From positions 1-30,126 of the IMG/VR virus record IMGVR_UViG_3300016643_000320: a stretch of 30,126 nucleotides of DNA; one strand, written 5' to 3'. Source of the DNA: a virus. Lineage: Duplodnaviria; Caudoviricetes. Each line of letters starts with the position of its first letter. The first letter of the stretch is position 1. The position numbers and the translations under genes were made by a program. Shown here piece after piece: positions 7,456 through 15,886 of the stretch. Below the pieces are notes generated by a model. That model was not told the origin of the DNA. It saw nothing but the letters and a program-made list of their open reading frames with translations, and made no database searches.

Positions 7456-7932
7456 CTCATCCGGAGTTCGGCCCAAGCATCGAAACCGTAAAAACAACTA
7501 GCTGTTCTACCTCGTACTTTCCGCCCAATTACCGATGCATTGTCAATCAGAACTACAAAATCCCCCCTCAAAAATAAAGAGCAGTTAGCCTTCAAAATTA
7601 CAATATTGAGTAAAAAAGCTTTCGATATATCGAATATTAAATGTTCGCTTAGCGAACTTACTTTCCCCATTGAGGTGCGCTCAGCGTACGCCGGTGGCAC
7701 GCTTTCATCTTAGAACGCATTTGCGCTTTTACGTAAAACCGTCTTACACCTAAACGAATCATAAATGGGTCCCTTTCAGAAACACGACCTCGGTATAATA
7801 ATATTGCACCATGCCATCAGCTTTGAAAACGGACAGCGCGCCCAGCACACAGGCCCTTCCCCGCTCTACCAAGACGGTATAGATTGGTCTTACAGGAAAC
7901 TTCCGGACCCGAGCAGCTTCAAAAATTAATGT

Positions 7933-7962
7933 TTGACAAAATAAAATTGGAATCCGTAAAGT
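7933..7962 (+). promoter_or_regulatory. Sigma70 promoter for the 70-aa accessory gene
   Basis: Perfect -35 TTGACA (7933-7938), 18-bp spacer, -10 TAAAGT (7957-7962), A-rich UP-like region. Confidence 0.55.
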
Positions 7963-7998
7963 GCGCAAATTCTGTCCTGCCAACAAGGAGCCATTGAA

Positions 7999-8211
7999 AT
8001 GGACGAACGCACTGTTACGACAGCCCGAGACATCATAGAAGAGGTCGCCAAAGTTATTATCGGACTAAGCGTATCGGTGGGCGCAAGGCCCTTAGATGAA
8101 GATGAAAGCGGTGGAGTTGTAGCAACGATGGTTTGGTCAAGCGATCGTTTGTTGGAGTGTTCCAGCAAACTCGGGGCGGTTTTTAATCACCCCGGCAAAG
8201 AGCTTAATTGA
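7999..8211 (+). CDS. Small acidic hypothetical protein (moron-like)
   Basis: 70 aa; AAGGAG RBS and its own promoter; 3' end overlaps the ogr 3' end convergently. Confidence 0.6.
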   Translation: MDERTVTTARDIIEEVAKVIIGLSVSVGARPLDEDESGGVVATMVWSSDRLLECSSKLGAVFNHPGKELN

Positions 8212-8444
8212 TCAAATAATTGTCGCTGCCGACTGAGCGGAAGTTCGCGGAGTCGGTCGAAAATCAACTGATCGACCGACGCCGCCGCAGGCCGCAAAGC
8301 GTGGGAATAACTGAGTTCCATCACAAAGGAATGGCCGCAAAGCGGATTCAAGCACTGGCAGTAGAGCTTGGCGTATTCCACAGACACGTTCTCTCGCGAT
8401 CCGATCCGCGCCTTACCGCCACATTCCCTACATGTAATCCGCAT
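8187..8444 (-). CDS. ogr: Ogr/Delta-family C4 zinc-finger late transcription activator
   Basis: MRITCRECGGKARI...LYCQCLNPLCGHSF pattern; ATG at 8444 with GGAGG RBS. Confidence 0.92.
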   Translation of the reverse strand: MRITCRECGGKARIGSRENVSVEYAKLYCQCLNPLCGHSFVMELSYSHALRPAAASVDQLIFDRLRELPLSRQRQLFDQLSSLPG

Positions 8445-8462
8445 TGCATCCCTCCCCAAGGG

Positions 8463-8487
8463 TGTACGTATGCACACTATTTTGCCA
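8463..8487 (-). promoter_or_regulatory. Putative ogr promoter (extended -10) overlapped by an operator-like palindrome
   Basis: Minus strand TG-G-CAAAAT (8487-8479); TGTACGTATGCACA (8463-8476) matches switch sites 1 and 2 at 10/14 each. Confidence 0.45.
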
Positions 8488-8524
8488 CAAGGTGGATTGG
8501 TTTCCTCTACTAAGAATTCCTACA

Positions 8525-9556
8525 TCAGGTAGGTGCCACCTCAATAGCAACCTCCCTCCACGCAAACCTACGGTTCGCCCTCAATGTGTCATTTAGCTGA
8601 TTGAACAACTGACAAATCGGTCGAATCTCATTGCTGGTGTACACACGATCGATCTTCTCAATGTCCCCAAACCCACCGCTGTTTTCCGGGATGATCCCGG
8701 CCAGGGCTGGGTTCATACGCCACGCCGCGATCACGTCATTGCGCGTGATGTTCTTCACCTTCTCCAGTTCGTCCTTGGCCTGGAAGTCCCCCACGGGGAT
8801 GATCTGGATGGCGTTTTCCTTGCCGTTGGGGATGTTGACGAACATCGAGCGGAAGTTACCCACACCCTTGCTGGCGCTGATTTGGGCACGCAGGTTCTCT
8901 TCGTCTTCTTCGGTCAGGTCCGGGTCGTTGGTGTAGAAGATGTAACCCGCGTGCGCGCCGTTGCTGTAGTAGCGCCGGCGAAACAGAGTCGCGGCTTCGT
9001 TGAGCAACAGCGCCTGCAGACCGCCCAGGTAGTCGGGCACGCCATAGATGTTCTGTTCCACGTCGTAGTCCAGGACGTGTTCGATTTCGTCCTGGTGGAA
9101 GTCCATGTACTTGCTGTCTGGCAGCAGCATCCTGAACCCGCCGTCGACCTTCACCCGCATGTTGATAGCCGGCAGGTGCTGCATCTCCAGCACTTCGCCA
9201 AAGGCGTTGGTATCGCGATAGAAATACGCTTCGCCAAACACCATGTAATCCAGGCTCGCTCGGCCCATGGTCTGCGTGCTGCAGCCCTCGGACGGGATGA
9301 ATTCACGCAACAGCAGGTTGCGCTTGAACTTGGGGATGGCGCCGTGGTGCGCGTTTGCGCGCAGTAGCTTGGCCAGGCCCGCCCGCGAAACCGGCGGTTT
9401 GTAGATTTCGCCGTCGTCGCTGAGAAACACCCCCAGGTACTCGCCGATGTTGCCAGACAGCACCTGTTCCGGTTCCCCGAAGGTGAACGCCCGCATGGGC
9501 TGTGGCTGTTGTACCTGCTGGCTGGCTTGGGGCTTTCTGCGTCGTGACTTGGGCAT
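8525..9556 (-). CDS. Portal protein (P2 gpQ / PBSX family)
   Basis: 343 aa from MPKSRRRK; AFTFGEPE, YGVPDYLGG, LLNEAATLFRRRYYSNGAHAG and GFGDIEK motifs. Confidence 0.95.
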   Translation of the reverse strand: MPKSRRRKPQASQQVQQPQPMRAFTFGEPEQVLSGNIGEYLGVFLSDDGEIYKPPVSRAGLAKLLRANAHHGAIPKFKRNLLLREFIPSEGCSTQTMGRASLDYMVFGEAYFYRDTNAFGEVLEMQHLPAINMRVKVDGGFRMLLPDSKYMDFHQDEIEHVLDYDVEQNIYGVPDYLGGLQALLLNEAATLFRRRYYSNGAHAGYIFYTNDPDLTEEDEENLRAQISASKGVGNFRSMFVNIPNGKENAIQIIPVGDFQAKDELEKVKNITRNDVIAAWRMNPALAGIIPENSGGFGDIEKIDRVYTSNEIRPICQLFNQLNDTLRANRRFAWREVAIEVAPT

Positions 9557-11363
9557 TGTTTCCGCTCGTGACGTAGCGGCTACGGCGCCGCTTGTTGGTA
9601 TTGAGGGGTTCGTTGGCCAGGGCGTGCATGACCGCCCAGGCGATATCGGCGTGGCCGGTAGCATCGGTGCGCGAAGCGCTGTAGGTAACCTGGCCGCTGG
9701 TGGTGGTGCCGCGTTTGATGGTCAGGAATGCCTGGGCAATATCGGTCCAGCCGGCGTCCCACTCGATGCGACTGCCCTGGATCGTGTCCTGGGCCTTGAG
9801 CACCAAGGTATTTTTGGTCTCAAGGCTGTAGTGGATCGGTGTGGCCTTCGCGTAGAAGTCGCGCACCAAATCGAACACGCCGTAGCCCACACCAGTGATG
9901 TCGATCCCGATGTGTTGCACGTTGAAACGCTCTGTAAGCTTTTTGACCTGGGCCGCTTGGTACGTGAACGAATGGCCCCGCCAGCTGTGTTTTTCCAGGA
10001 TGCGGAATTTCGCCCCAGGTTCAAGTGGCGGGACGACCACCACGCAGGTGGCGTCGTCGCGGGTGCGGCTCGGATCGTAGCCAAGCCAAACAGGGCTGTT
10101 ACCAAACGGCCGATCCAGATCCGGGTTGTAGTCCTCCCACAACGACAGGTCGGAATAGCAGCGCTCCAGATCCTTGAGCCCGAACGCGCTTTGGCTGCTG
10201 TCGATGAACTTGCACATGAACAGCTGCTGGAATTTGTCGTCTTCATACTCCAACTGCAGTTGTTCCAGGTTGAACAAGTTGCAGCCGCCGGCAAGTGCAT
10301 CCAGGACAGTGATGATCTTGCGCCAGTGCCCATCCGGGCAAAGCGCGCCAGCTGCGATCTGTTCGTCACTGGGCCACGGTTTTTTGGCGTCTTTGTGCTT
10401 GCCGTTACGGAATTTTTCCCCTGTCCAGAACGGGTACGCCTGATGTGAGACGGCACTGGGCGTTGAAAAGTAGGTTTTGCGCCACTTGAAGTGAGTGCCC
10501 ATGGCGCTGGCGGTGTTGTTCAGCTTCTCAAAGTCGCGGATCCAGAAGTATTCATCGACGTAAACATGGCCGTGATAGCCCTGCGCAGTGGCCCCGTTGG
10601 TGCTGAGAAAGCGCAGCTCGGCCCAGGGTTTGCCATCTTTGCTGAGCACTATCGGGTTGCCGGTTAATTCCAGGGAGAACCACTCTTGGGCAAAGGCGAT
10701 GATGTAGCTTCGGAAAATTTCGGACTGGGCACGGCTGGCAGACAGAAAAACCTGGTTGTCACCAGTGAGCACCGCGTCCATGAAGGCTTCGCCGGCGAAG
10801 TAGTAGGTCAATCCCACCTGGCGACTTTTCAGAACGTTGCGGATCCGCATCGTTAGCGGATTCTGTTTGGCGGCGAACAGCTCCTTCTGGTAGTCGTACA
10901 TCTTGCTGATGAACTTATCCAGAAAATCGACTTCGGTAAGTTCGCTGACGTCGTTCTTTACCTTCTTTTCTTTTTTTCGTCCGCCACCCTCGCCACGGCC
11001 GGAGCGCTCCCCACGCGCGCCTTGGCGGCGTTCCTGCGGTTCACTGGCTGATTCCCCGGCCGGCGCCGGCGACGGCTTGACCGCTTGCTTTAACAGGCGC
11101 TCGCGTACCGTTGTCAGTCGGTCCAGCTCGTTGAGCTCGTCTTTGGTTAGGCTGCCGGCTTTGTCCAGGAGCAGGGTGATTCGCCGGCCGACGGCGGTCA
11201 GCGGTTCTTCGTCCGACAGCATGTCCTCCCAACCGCCCTGGCGTATCCAGTAGTAGACGATGCGGATGTTGGGCAGGTTGAGCTGCGCCTGAATTTCCTT
11301 GGCCTTACAGCGGCGCAGAAACAGACGTTTAGCGGCTTCTTTAACTTCGGTCGAGTAATACAT
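9303..11363 (-). CDS. Terminase large (ATPase) subunit, P2 gpP-like
   Basis: N-terminal HTH, Walker A LKSRQVGLT, Walker B HVYVDE, nuclease-domain GYDPSR and HADIAWA; C-terminal extension overlaps the portal gene. Confidence 0.95.
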   Translation of the reverse strand: MYYSTEVKEAAKRLFLRRCKAKEIQAQLNLPNIRIVYYWIRQGGWEDMLSDEEPLTAVGRRITLLLDKAGSLTKDELNELDRLTTVRERLLKQAVKPSPAPAGESASEPQERRQGARGERSGRGEGGGRKKEKKVKNDVSELTEVDFLDKFISKMYDYQKELFAAKQNPLTMRIRNVLKSRQVGLTYYFAGEAFMDAVLTGDNQVFLSASRAQSEIFRSYIIAFAQEWFSLELTGNPIVLSKDGKPWAELRFLSTNGATAQGYHGHVYVDEYFWIRDFEKLNNTASAMGTHFKWRKTYFSTPSAVSHQAYPFWTGEKFRNGKHKDAKKPWPSDEQIAAGALCPDGHWRKIITVLDALAGGCNLFNLEQLQLEYEDDKFQQLFMCKFIDSSQSAFGLKDLERCYSDLSLWEDYNPDLDRPFGNSPVWLGYDPSRTRDDATCVVVVPPLEPGAKFRILEKHSWRGHSFTYQAAQVKKLTERFNVQHIGIDITGVGYGVFDLVRDFYAKATPIHYSLETKNTLVLKAQDTIQGSRIEWDAGWTDIAQAFLTIKRGTTTSGQVTYSASRTDATGHADIAWAVMHALANEPLNTNKRRRSRYVTSGNNAQVTTQKAPSQPAGTTATAHAGVHLRGTGTGAVWQHRRVPGGVSQRRRRNLQTAGFAGGPGQATARKRAPRRHPQVQAQPAVA

Positions 11364-11370
11364 GGGCCGC

Positions 11371-11489
11371 AGTCTATGCGGCGAAAACGCTGGAAACGCG
11401 GGGTTAAATTCCGTAATCCACCTATATCGCGGATATAGGAGAAACGCGCATTTGAACCGTTTGTTTGGGGCTTGGCGGCTCCCTATCGT
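11371..11489. promoter_or_regulatory. Symmetric divergent late promoters around a central inverted repeat
   Basis: CCTATATC-GCG-GATATAGG (11421-11439) extends imperfectly to 11402-11458. The -10 boxes TAGACT (minus, 11376-11371) and TATCGT (plus, 11484-11489) each start 54 bp from the centre (11430). Confidence 0.65.
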
Positions 11490-11524
11490 GGCGGCTCATT
11501 CAGTGATTGAGCGCAGTCAAATCC

Positions 11525-12445
11525 ATGCCCCGTTCCCTTGTTTCGTTCTGGAAACGTGTCGCCACCAGCGGACCCACCGTTGATGGGCGCGTGATCCTTC
11601 CCCAGGAACTGCGCGACATCGCTGAAACCTACAAGCCATCCTTTTACACGGCGGTGATCTGGTGCGACCACGAGCGTTTGCCGGGCTCCCACGGCACCGT
11701 TTTCGCCGTGCGCCTGGTGGAAGAAGCCGATGACCTGGAACCGGGCGAAGTAGCACTGGAAGCGCAATTGAAGCCGAACGATCGCCTGCTGTACCTGAAT
11801 GATCAGGGCCAGAAATTGTTCAGCAGCATTGAAATTACACCCGACTTTCGCGGTAGCGGCAGGGCGTATCTGACGGGGCTCGGTGTTACCGATCAGCCCG
11901 CAAGCGTTGGCACCCAGGAACTCTACTTTTCCCACAAGAACAACCGCGCCTCTTACTTCACCGCCTCGGTCGAACTCGGCCGGCTGCAGGACGGTATCTC
12001 AAGCACCGCCGAAACCGGACTGATCAAAGCCTTGACCGGCTTCTTCAAGCGTTTCGCTGCTGATGCGTTGCCCGCCGAAACCACTCCCCCCCAAACAGAG
12101 AGCAAACCCCCAATGGATGAAGCTACCGCAACGGCCCTTAAAGCCCTGCTGGAGCAGCTGCTTGTCGTCGCTGCTGGCATTCAGGCTGTGATTGAACCCG
12201 CCGCCGCAGATGCACCAGAACCCGAACAGGCACCCATCGACGACGTGAGCGCGGCAGTAGACGAGATCGTCACTACGGCCGAAGAAGAACGTGAGTTCCG
12301 CCGTGTCGGTGGGTCGAACAAGGCCGTTCTGGTTCAGCTGGAGAAGCTGCAAAAGCAGTTTTCCGCCCTGCAGAACACCTCGGCCGGTCGCCAGTTGCCA
12401 CGCAACCCCGGTCCAGTAGCCGCCCCACGACGTAAGGTGCTCTGA
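11525..12445 (+). CDS. Capsid scaffolding/protease protein (P2 gpO-like)
   Basis: RVATSGPTVDGR, FSSIEI.PDF.G.G.AYL.GL.VTD.PASVGT motifs; divergent from terminase. Confidence 0.93.
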   Translation: MPRSLVSFWKRVATSGPTVDGRVILPQELRDIAETYKPSFYTAVIWCDHERLPGSHGTVFAVRLVEEADDLEPGEVALEAQLKPNDRLLYLNDQGQKLFSSIEITPDFRGSGRAYLTGLGVTDQPASVGTQELYFSHKNNRASYFTASVELGRLQDGISSTAETGLIKALTGFFKRFAADALPAETTPPQTESKPPMDEATATALKALLEQLLVVAAGIQAVIEPAAADAPEPEQAPIDDVSAAVDEIVTTAEEEREFRRVGGSNKAVLVQLEKLQKQFSALQNTSAGRQLPRNPGPVAAPRRKVL

Positions 12446-12446
12446 C

Positions 12447-13469
12447 ATGGCCCAGCCATTAATCGCCCGTGGCGCCAAACAGTATGCCGAGCTGCAAGAA
12501 GCGATGGCCGAAGCGTACGGCGTCGAGCGATCGAGCCGCATGTTCAGCGTGGAACCGACGATTGCCCAGGAGCTGAACGACGCAATCACCGCGAAAGCCG
12601 ACTTCCTGGAACGTATCAACGTCGTCCCGGTGAGTGAGATTAAGGGCGAAAAAGTCTTTATCGGTGTGAATGGCCCGGTCACTGGCCGCACCAACACCAA
12701 GACCACCGACCGCGAAGCCAAGGACGCATCGGCGCTGGATAACACCCAGTACGAACTGGCTGATACCCAGTCAGACGTTGGCCTTCCTTACGCCAAAATC
12801 GACGCCTGGGCGAAGTTTCCCGACTTCAAAGAGCGCTATTCCGCCGCCGTGCAGAAGCGTATCGCACAAGATCGGATCGTTATCGGCTTCCATGGCACTC
12901 ACGCCGCTGTTGATACTGATTTGGAGAAATTCCCCAAGCTGCAGGACGTGAACAAAGGCTGGCTGCAGCAACTTCGCGAGCAAGCCCCACAGCAGGTGCT
13001 CAAAGAGGGGAAGACTGCCGGTAAGGTCACACTGGGCGCCGGTGGTGACTACGCCAACCTTGACGCCCTGGTGCACGACACCAAGCAGATGGTGGACGAG
13101 ATCCTGCGCGAAGACGGCGACCTGGTCGCGATCATCGGCACCGACTTGCTCGCCTCTGACAAGGCCAAGCTGTACACCAAGCAAGGCGACACGCCGACCG
13201 AAAAAGAGCGCATCGAAAACGCCCAGGTGATTGCGACTTATGGCGGCCTGCCGGCTTTCAGCGTGCCGAACTTCCCGGTCAACGCGGTGCTGGTCACCAG
13301 TTGGGACAACCTGTCGATCTACTACCAGGACACCAGCTGGCGTAAGCAGACGATCGAGAACCCGAAACGCTCCCGCGTCGAGGACTACAACAGCCGCAAC
13401 GAAGGCTACGTGATCGAACAGCTGGAAAAGATCGCGCTCACTGAAAACGTTGAATTGGTGGCGGCGTGA
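12447..13469 (+). CDS. Major capsid protein (P2 gpN family)
   Basis: FSVEPT..Q.L, IDAWAKFPDF, DRIVIGFHG, LQDVNKGWLQ and NEGYVIE motifs. Confidence 0.96.
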   Translation: MAQPLIARGAKQYAELQEAMAEAYGVERSSRMFSVEPTIAQELNDAITAKADFLERINVVPVSEIKGEKVFIGVNGPVTGRTNTKTTDREAKDASALDNTQYELADTQSDVGLPYAKIDAWAKFPDFKERYSAAVQKRIAQDRIVIGFHGTHAAVDTDLEKFPKLQDVNKGWLQQLREQAPQQVLKEGKTAGKVTLGAGGDYANLDALVHDTKQMVDEILREDGDLVAIIGTDLLASDKAKLYTKQGDTPTEKERIENAQVIATYGGLPAFSVPNFPVNAVLVTSWDNLSIYYQDTSWRKQTIENPKRSRVEDYNSRNEGYVIEQLEKIALTENVELVAA

Positions 13470-14191
13470 GTCTGGCCCTGGCGCACAAGCGCCGCACCCT
13501 GGCCATGGGCAGCACTGCAGTAGCGGCGATGTCCGCTGCTGCAAGCTTGGCCTATTCGCCGGCCGATGCACTGAGCAGTCCTGCCAATGCTCGCAAGCAC
13601 TTGCTGCTGCAGGAAGCGGCGTTGGACCAGGACCTGGAGCGAATCAGCGCTATCAATGGCTTGGCCGGGCGCCAGGCACTCAAGCGCGAAGAGCTGCTGC
13701 CCAAGTACCAGGAATACGTCCAGCGCTACTGCGAGTCGAGCCTGAACTTCCCGAACCGCGTTGCGGTGCAGGTCATGGTTTGGCTGTTCGATACGGCCCA
13801 GTTCGATGACGCCCTGGAACTGGCGGACTTCCTGATGGAGCAGGGTCAGCAGATGCCGGAGCGTTTCAAGCGCCGCGACATCCAGACCTTTGTGGCCGAC
13901 GCCGTGTGTGAGTGGGCCTACGCCGAATACAACGCCAACCGCAGCCCGGAGCCCTACCTGTCCGACCTGCTGCCACGTGTTGACGGCGAGTGGACGCTGA
14001 CCGAGCAGATCCCGAGCAAGTACCACAAGTTGATTGGTATGCGCGCCATGGAGGCAGAGCAGTGGGATATCGCGCTCAAGCATTTGGAGCGCTCCACTGA
14101 GCTTTATGCCCAGGCCGGCAACAACACACGCATCAAACAGGTCCGCAGGGCCTTGGAAAAACAAACGGCCGCTAACCCGGCCACCGAGTAA
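13466..14191 (+). CDS. Terminase small (endonuclease) subunit, P2 gpM-like
   Basis: K.EELLPKY, VMVWLFD....D.AL..A motifs; position after capsid. Confidence 0.88.
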   Translation: MSLALAHKRRTLAMGSTAVAAMSAAASLAYSPADALSSPANARKHLLLQEAALDQDLERISAINGLAGRQALKREELLPKYQEYVQRYCESSLNFPNRVAVQVMVWLFDTAQFDDALELADFLMEQGQQMPERFKRRDIQTFVADAVCEWAYAEYNANRSPEPYLSDLLPRVDGEWTLTEQIPSKYHKLIGMRAMEAEQWDIALKHLERSTELYAQAGNNTRIKQVRRALEKQTAANPATE

Positions 14192-14206
14192 CCGACTACC
14201 CCCCCA

Positions 14207-14269
14207 GCGGGGACCTGTGGAAGTGAGCCGCCCATTTCTGGACCGTCCCACTGAAAACAGGCTCCCCGC
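14207..14269 (+). other. Long imperfect RNA hairpin between the M-like and L-like genes
   Basis: GCGGGGA/TCCCCGC, CCTGT/ACAGG and AGTG/CACT helices separated by a bulge and an internal loop. Confidence 0.6.
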
Positions 14270-14288
14270 CCTATTTGAGCGGCCAGCA

Positions 14289-14759
14289 ATGAGCTTTTCC
14301 GGGAAACCCACCACCTTTGTGGAACTGACGATCGAGAATGACGGCTTCTGGCCGGACCTTTCTGTGACCGAGTTTCAGAAAGAACAACGCGTGCCGGCGG
14401 AGTACCTGGTAGAGCTGCTGGTCGACACACTGAAAAGCGCCATGTTCGAAGTGAACACCGACCTGGCCCGCGTGAAAGCGAAGCTGCAGACGGCAGGGGT
14501 ATCGAACCTGCAGGCAGCGGCCGGTGTGGCCACCCCCGCAGAATGGGCTTACGCCTATAAGGTCACGCTCTATAAACGCGCTGTCTACAGCCGTGCCAAG
14601 GGCAATTCACTGCCCCAGTTTGCCACCGTCACCCGTCGCGAAAGCGCTGAAAACACCGGCAAGGAAGCGCCAGAGCGTGCCGAAACCTTCCTGGCTTTCA
14701 GCCAGCAGGCCGTGCGTGCGCTGCAAGGCCGCGGCCGCATTACGGCGTCGTTGCAATGA
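14289..14759 (+). CDS. Head completion/stabilization protein (P2 gpL-like)
   Basis: 156 aa from MSFSGK; IENDGFWPDL and YKRAVY..AK motifs. Confidence 0.9.
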   Translation: MSFSGKPTTFVELTIENDGFWPDLSVTEFQKEQRVPAEYLVELLVDTLKSAMFEVNTDLARVKAKLQTAGVSNLQAAAGVATPAEWAYAYKVTLYKRAVYSRAKGNSLPQFATVTRRESAENTGKEAPERAETFLAFSQQAVRALQGRGRITASLQ

Positions 14760-15205
14760 TCCAGCTGCAGGCGCTGACCGCCTACCTTATGGCCCGCAAC
14801 CTGGTGGCGCCTGAGCTATTCGACAGCTGGACGGAGCAGGTCAGCCTTGAACTGATCTGGAAACCCGACCGCGACGGCCTGCACATGGCTGACATGCGCT
14901 ACCGCGCTGTGTTCTCCCTGGAGCGTTTCACCGGCAACCCGGCGCGACTGATGGCCCTGGTAGGCAGTTGGTTGGAAAACCACGATCCCAATCGGGACCG
15001 CCACGAACTGCCAGCGCCACTGTTTGCTGTTGAACCCCTCGACCAGGACAGCTTCGACGTGGACCTTTCCCTGGAATTCATCGAGCCGCAATACCTGGCC
15101 GAAGATCCCGCCGGCGAGATCGAGGCGTTCGGCAAAACATGGGCGTTCGTCCCCTTCGATCTATGGGTAGCGGAGCAAGGCGAGGTGGGCAGCGATGGCC
15201 GCTAG
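14756..15205 (+). CDS. Tail completion protein (P2 gpR-like)
   Basis: 149 aa; synteny after gpL; ATGA overlap; L.ALV..WL motif. Confidence 0.72.
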   Translation: MIQLQALTAYLMARNLVAPELFDSWTEQVSLELIWKPDRDGLHMADMRYRAVFSLERFTGNPARLMALVGSWLENHDPNRDRHELPAPLFAVEPLDQDSFDVDLSLEFIEPQYLAEDPAGEIEAFGKTWAFVPFDLWVAEQGEVGSDGR

Positions 15206-15875
15206 TCCGCTCGCCCTCGATATCCGGGGCATGGTCAACGTCGACGCCCAGTTGGCGCTGCTTGAGTTGCCGCCCCAGTTGCGCCGGCGACTGCTTAATA
15301 ACGTGACCAAGCGCGTGCGGACGATGAGCCGCAAGCGGGTACGTGAACAGATGAACCTGGACGGCACGCCGTTCGCTGAGCGCAAGGGCTCGGCCAAAGG
15401 CAAAAAGAAGATGGAAGCGGGCCTGGCCAAGCTGCTGCAGGTCACCCGTGTTAGCTCCGACGAAGCTGAACTGGGCTGGAAAAACGCCCTGACCCGCTGG
15501 GTTGCCGCGCAGCAGCACAACGGCGTCAGCGAGCGACGTACTGCCGCGCAGATGCGACGCTGGAACAAAGTCCCCCCAGGCATCGCCTGCACCGACAAAC
15601 AGGCCAAGCGCCTGCGCCGGCTGGGCTTCCGTGCCCGCCAGAAAGGCAAAAAGGCGCTGGCCAGGCCGTCAGTGGCATGGATTCAAGAGCATGTGAACTA
15701 CGCCAAGGCCGGCTTGCTGATCCGCATTTTGAACGACGAACGCACCGAGTCCACCGGCGCGCAAAGCTGGGACATCACCCTGCCAAAACGCCAGTTCCTC
15801 GGCGTGGAGAGCGGAAGCGAAACCCGCGACCTGGTTAACCAGGTGTTCCAACAAATCCTTAATTCACCCCGCTAA
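15195..15875 (+). CDS. Virion morphogenesis / tail completion protein (P2 gpS-like)
   Basis: Basic protein with Q.NLDGTPF..RK and C-terminal LPKRQFLG motifs. Confidence 0.82.
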   Translation: MAASPLALDIRGMVNVDAQLALLELPPQLRRRLLNNVTKRVRTMSRKRVREQMNLDGTPFAERKGSAKGKKKMEAGLAKLLQVTRVSSDEAELGWKNALTRWVAAQQHNGVSERRTAAQMRRWNKVPPGIACTDKQAKRLRRLGFRARQKGKKALARPSVAWIQEHVNYAKAGLLIRILNDERTESTGAQSWDITLPKRQFLGVESGSETRDLVNQVFQQILNSPR

Positions 15876-15886
15876 CGAGGCACACC

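Noticed and set aside
7416-7700. 94-aa minus-strand ORF, and 7759-7986
   Set aside because: No SD and no recognisable motif, and it runs through the terminator hairpin; cannot be supported, though a remnant is possible.
8490-8498. AATCCACCT 9-mer shared (inverted) with the late promoter arm at 11415-11423
   Set aside because: A single short match in the opposite relative orientation; insufficient to claim Ogr autoregulation.
7370-8524. P2-type cos site
   Set aside because: No match to the P2 19-nt cohesive end sequence was found by eye; the packaging site remains unlocated.
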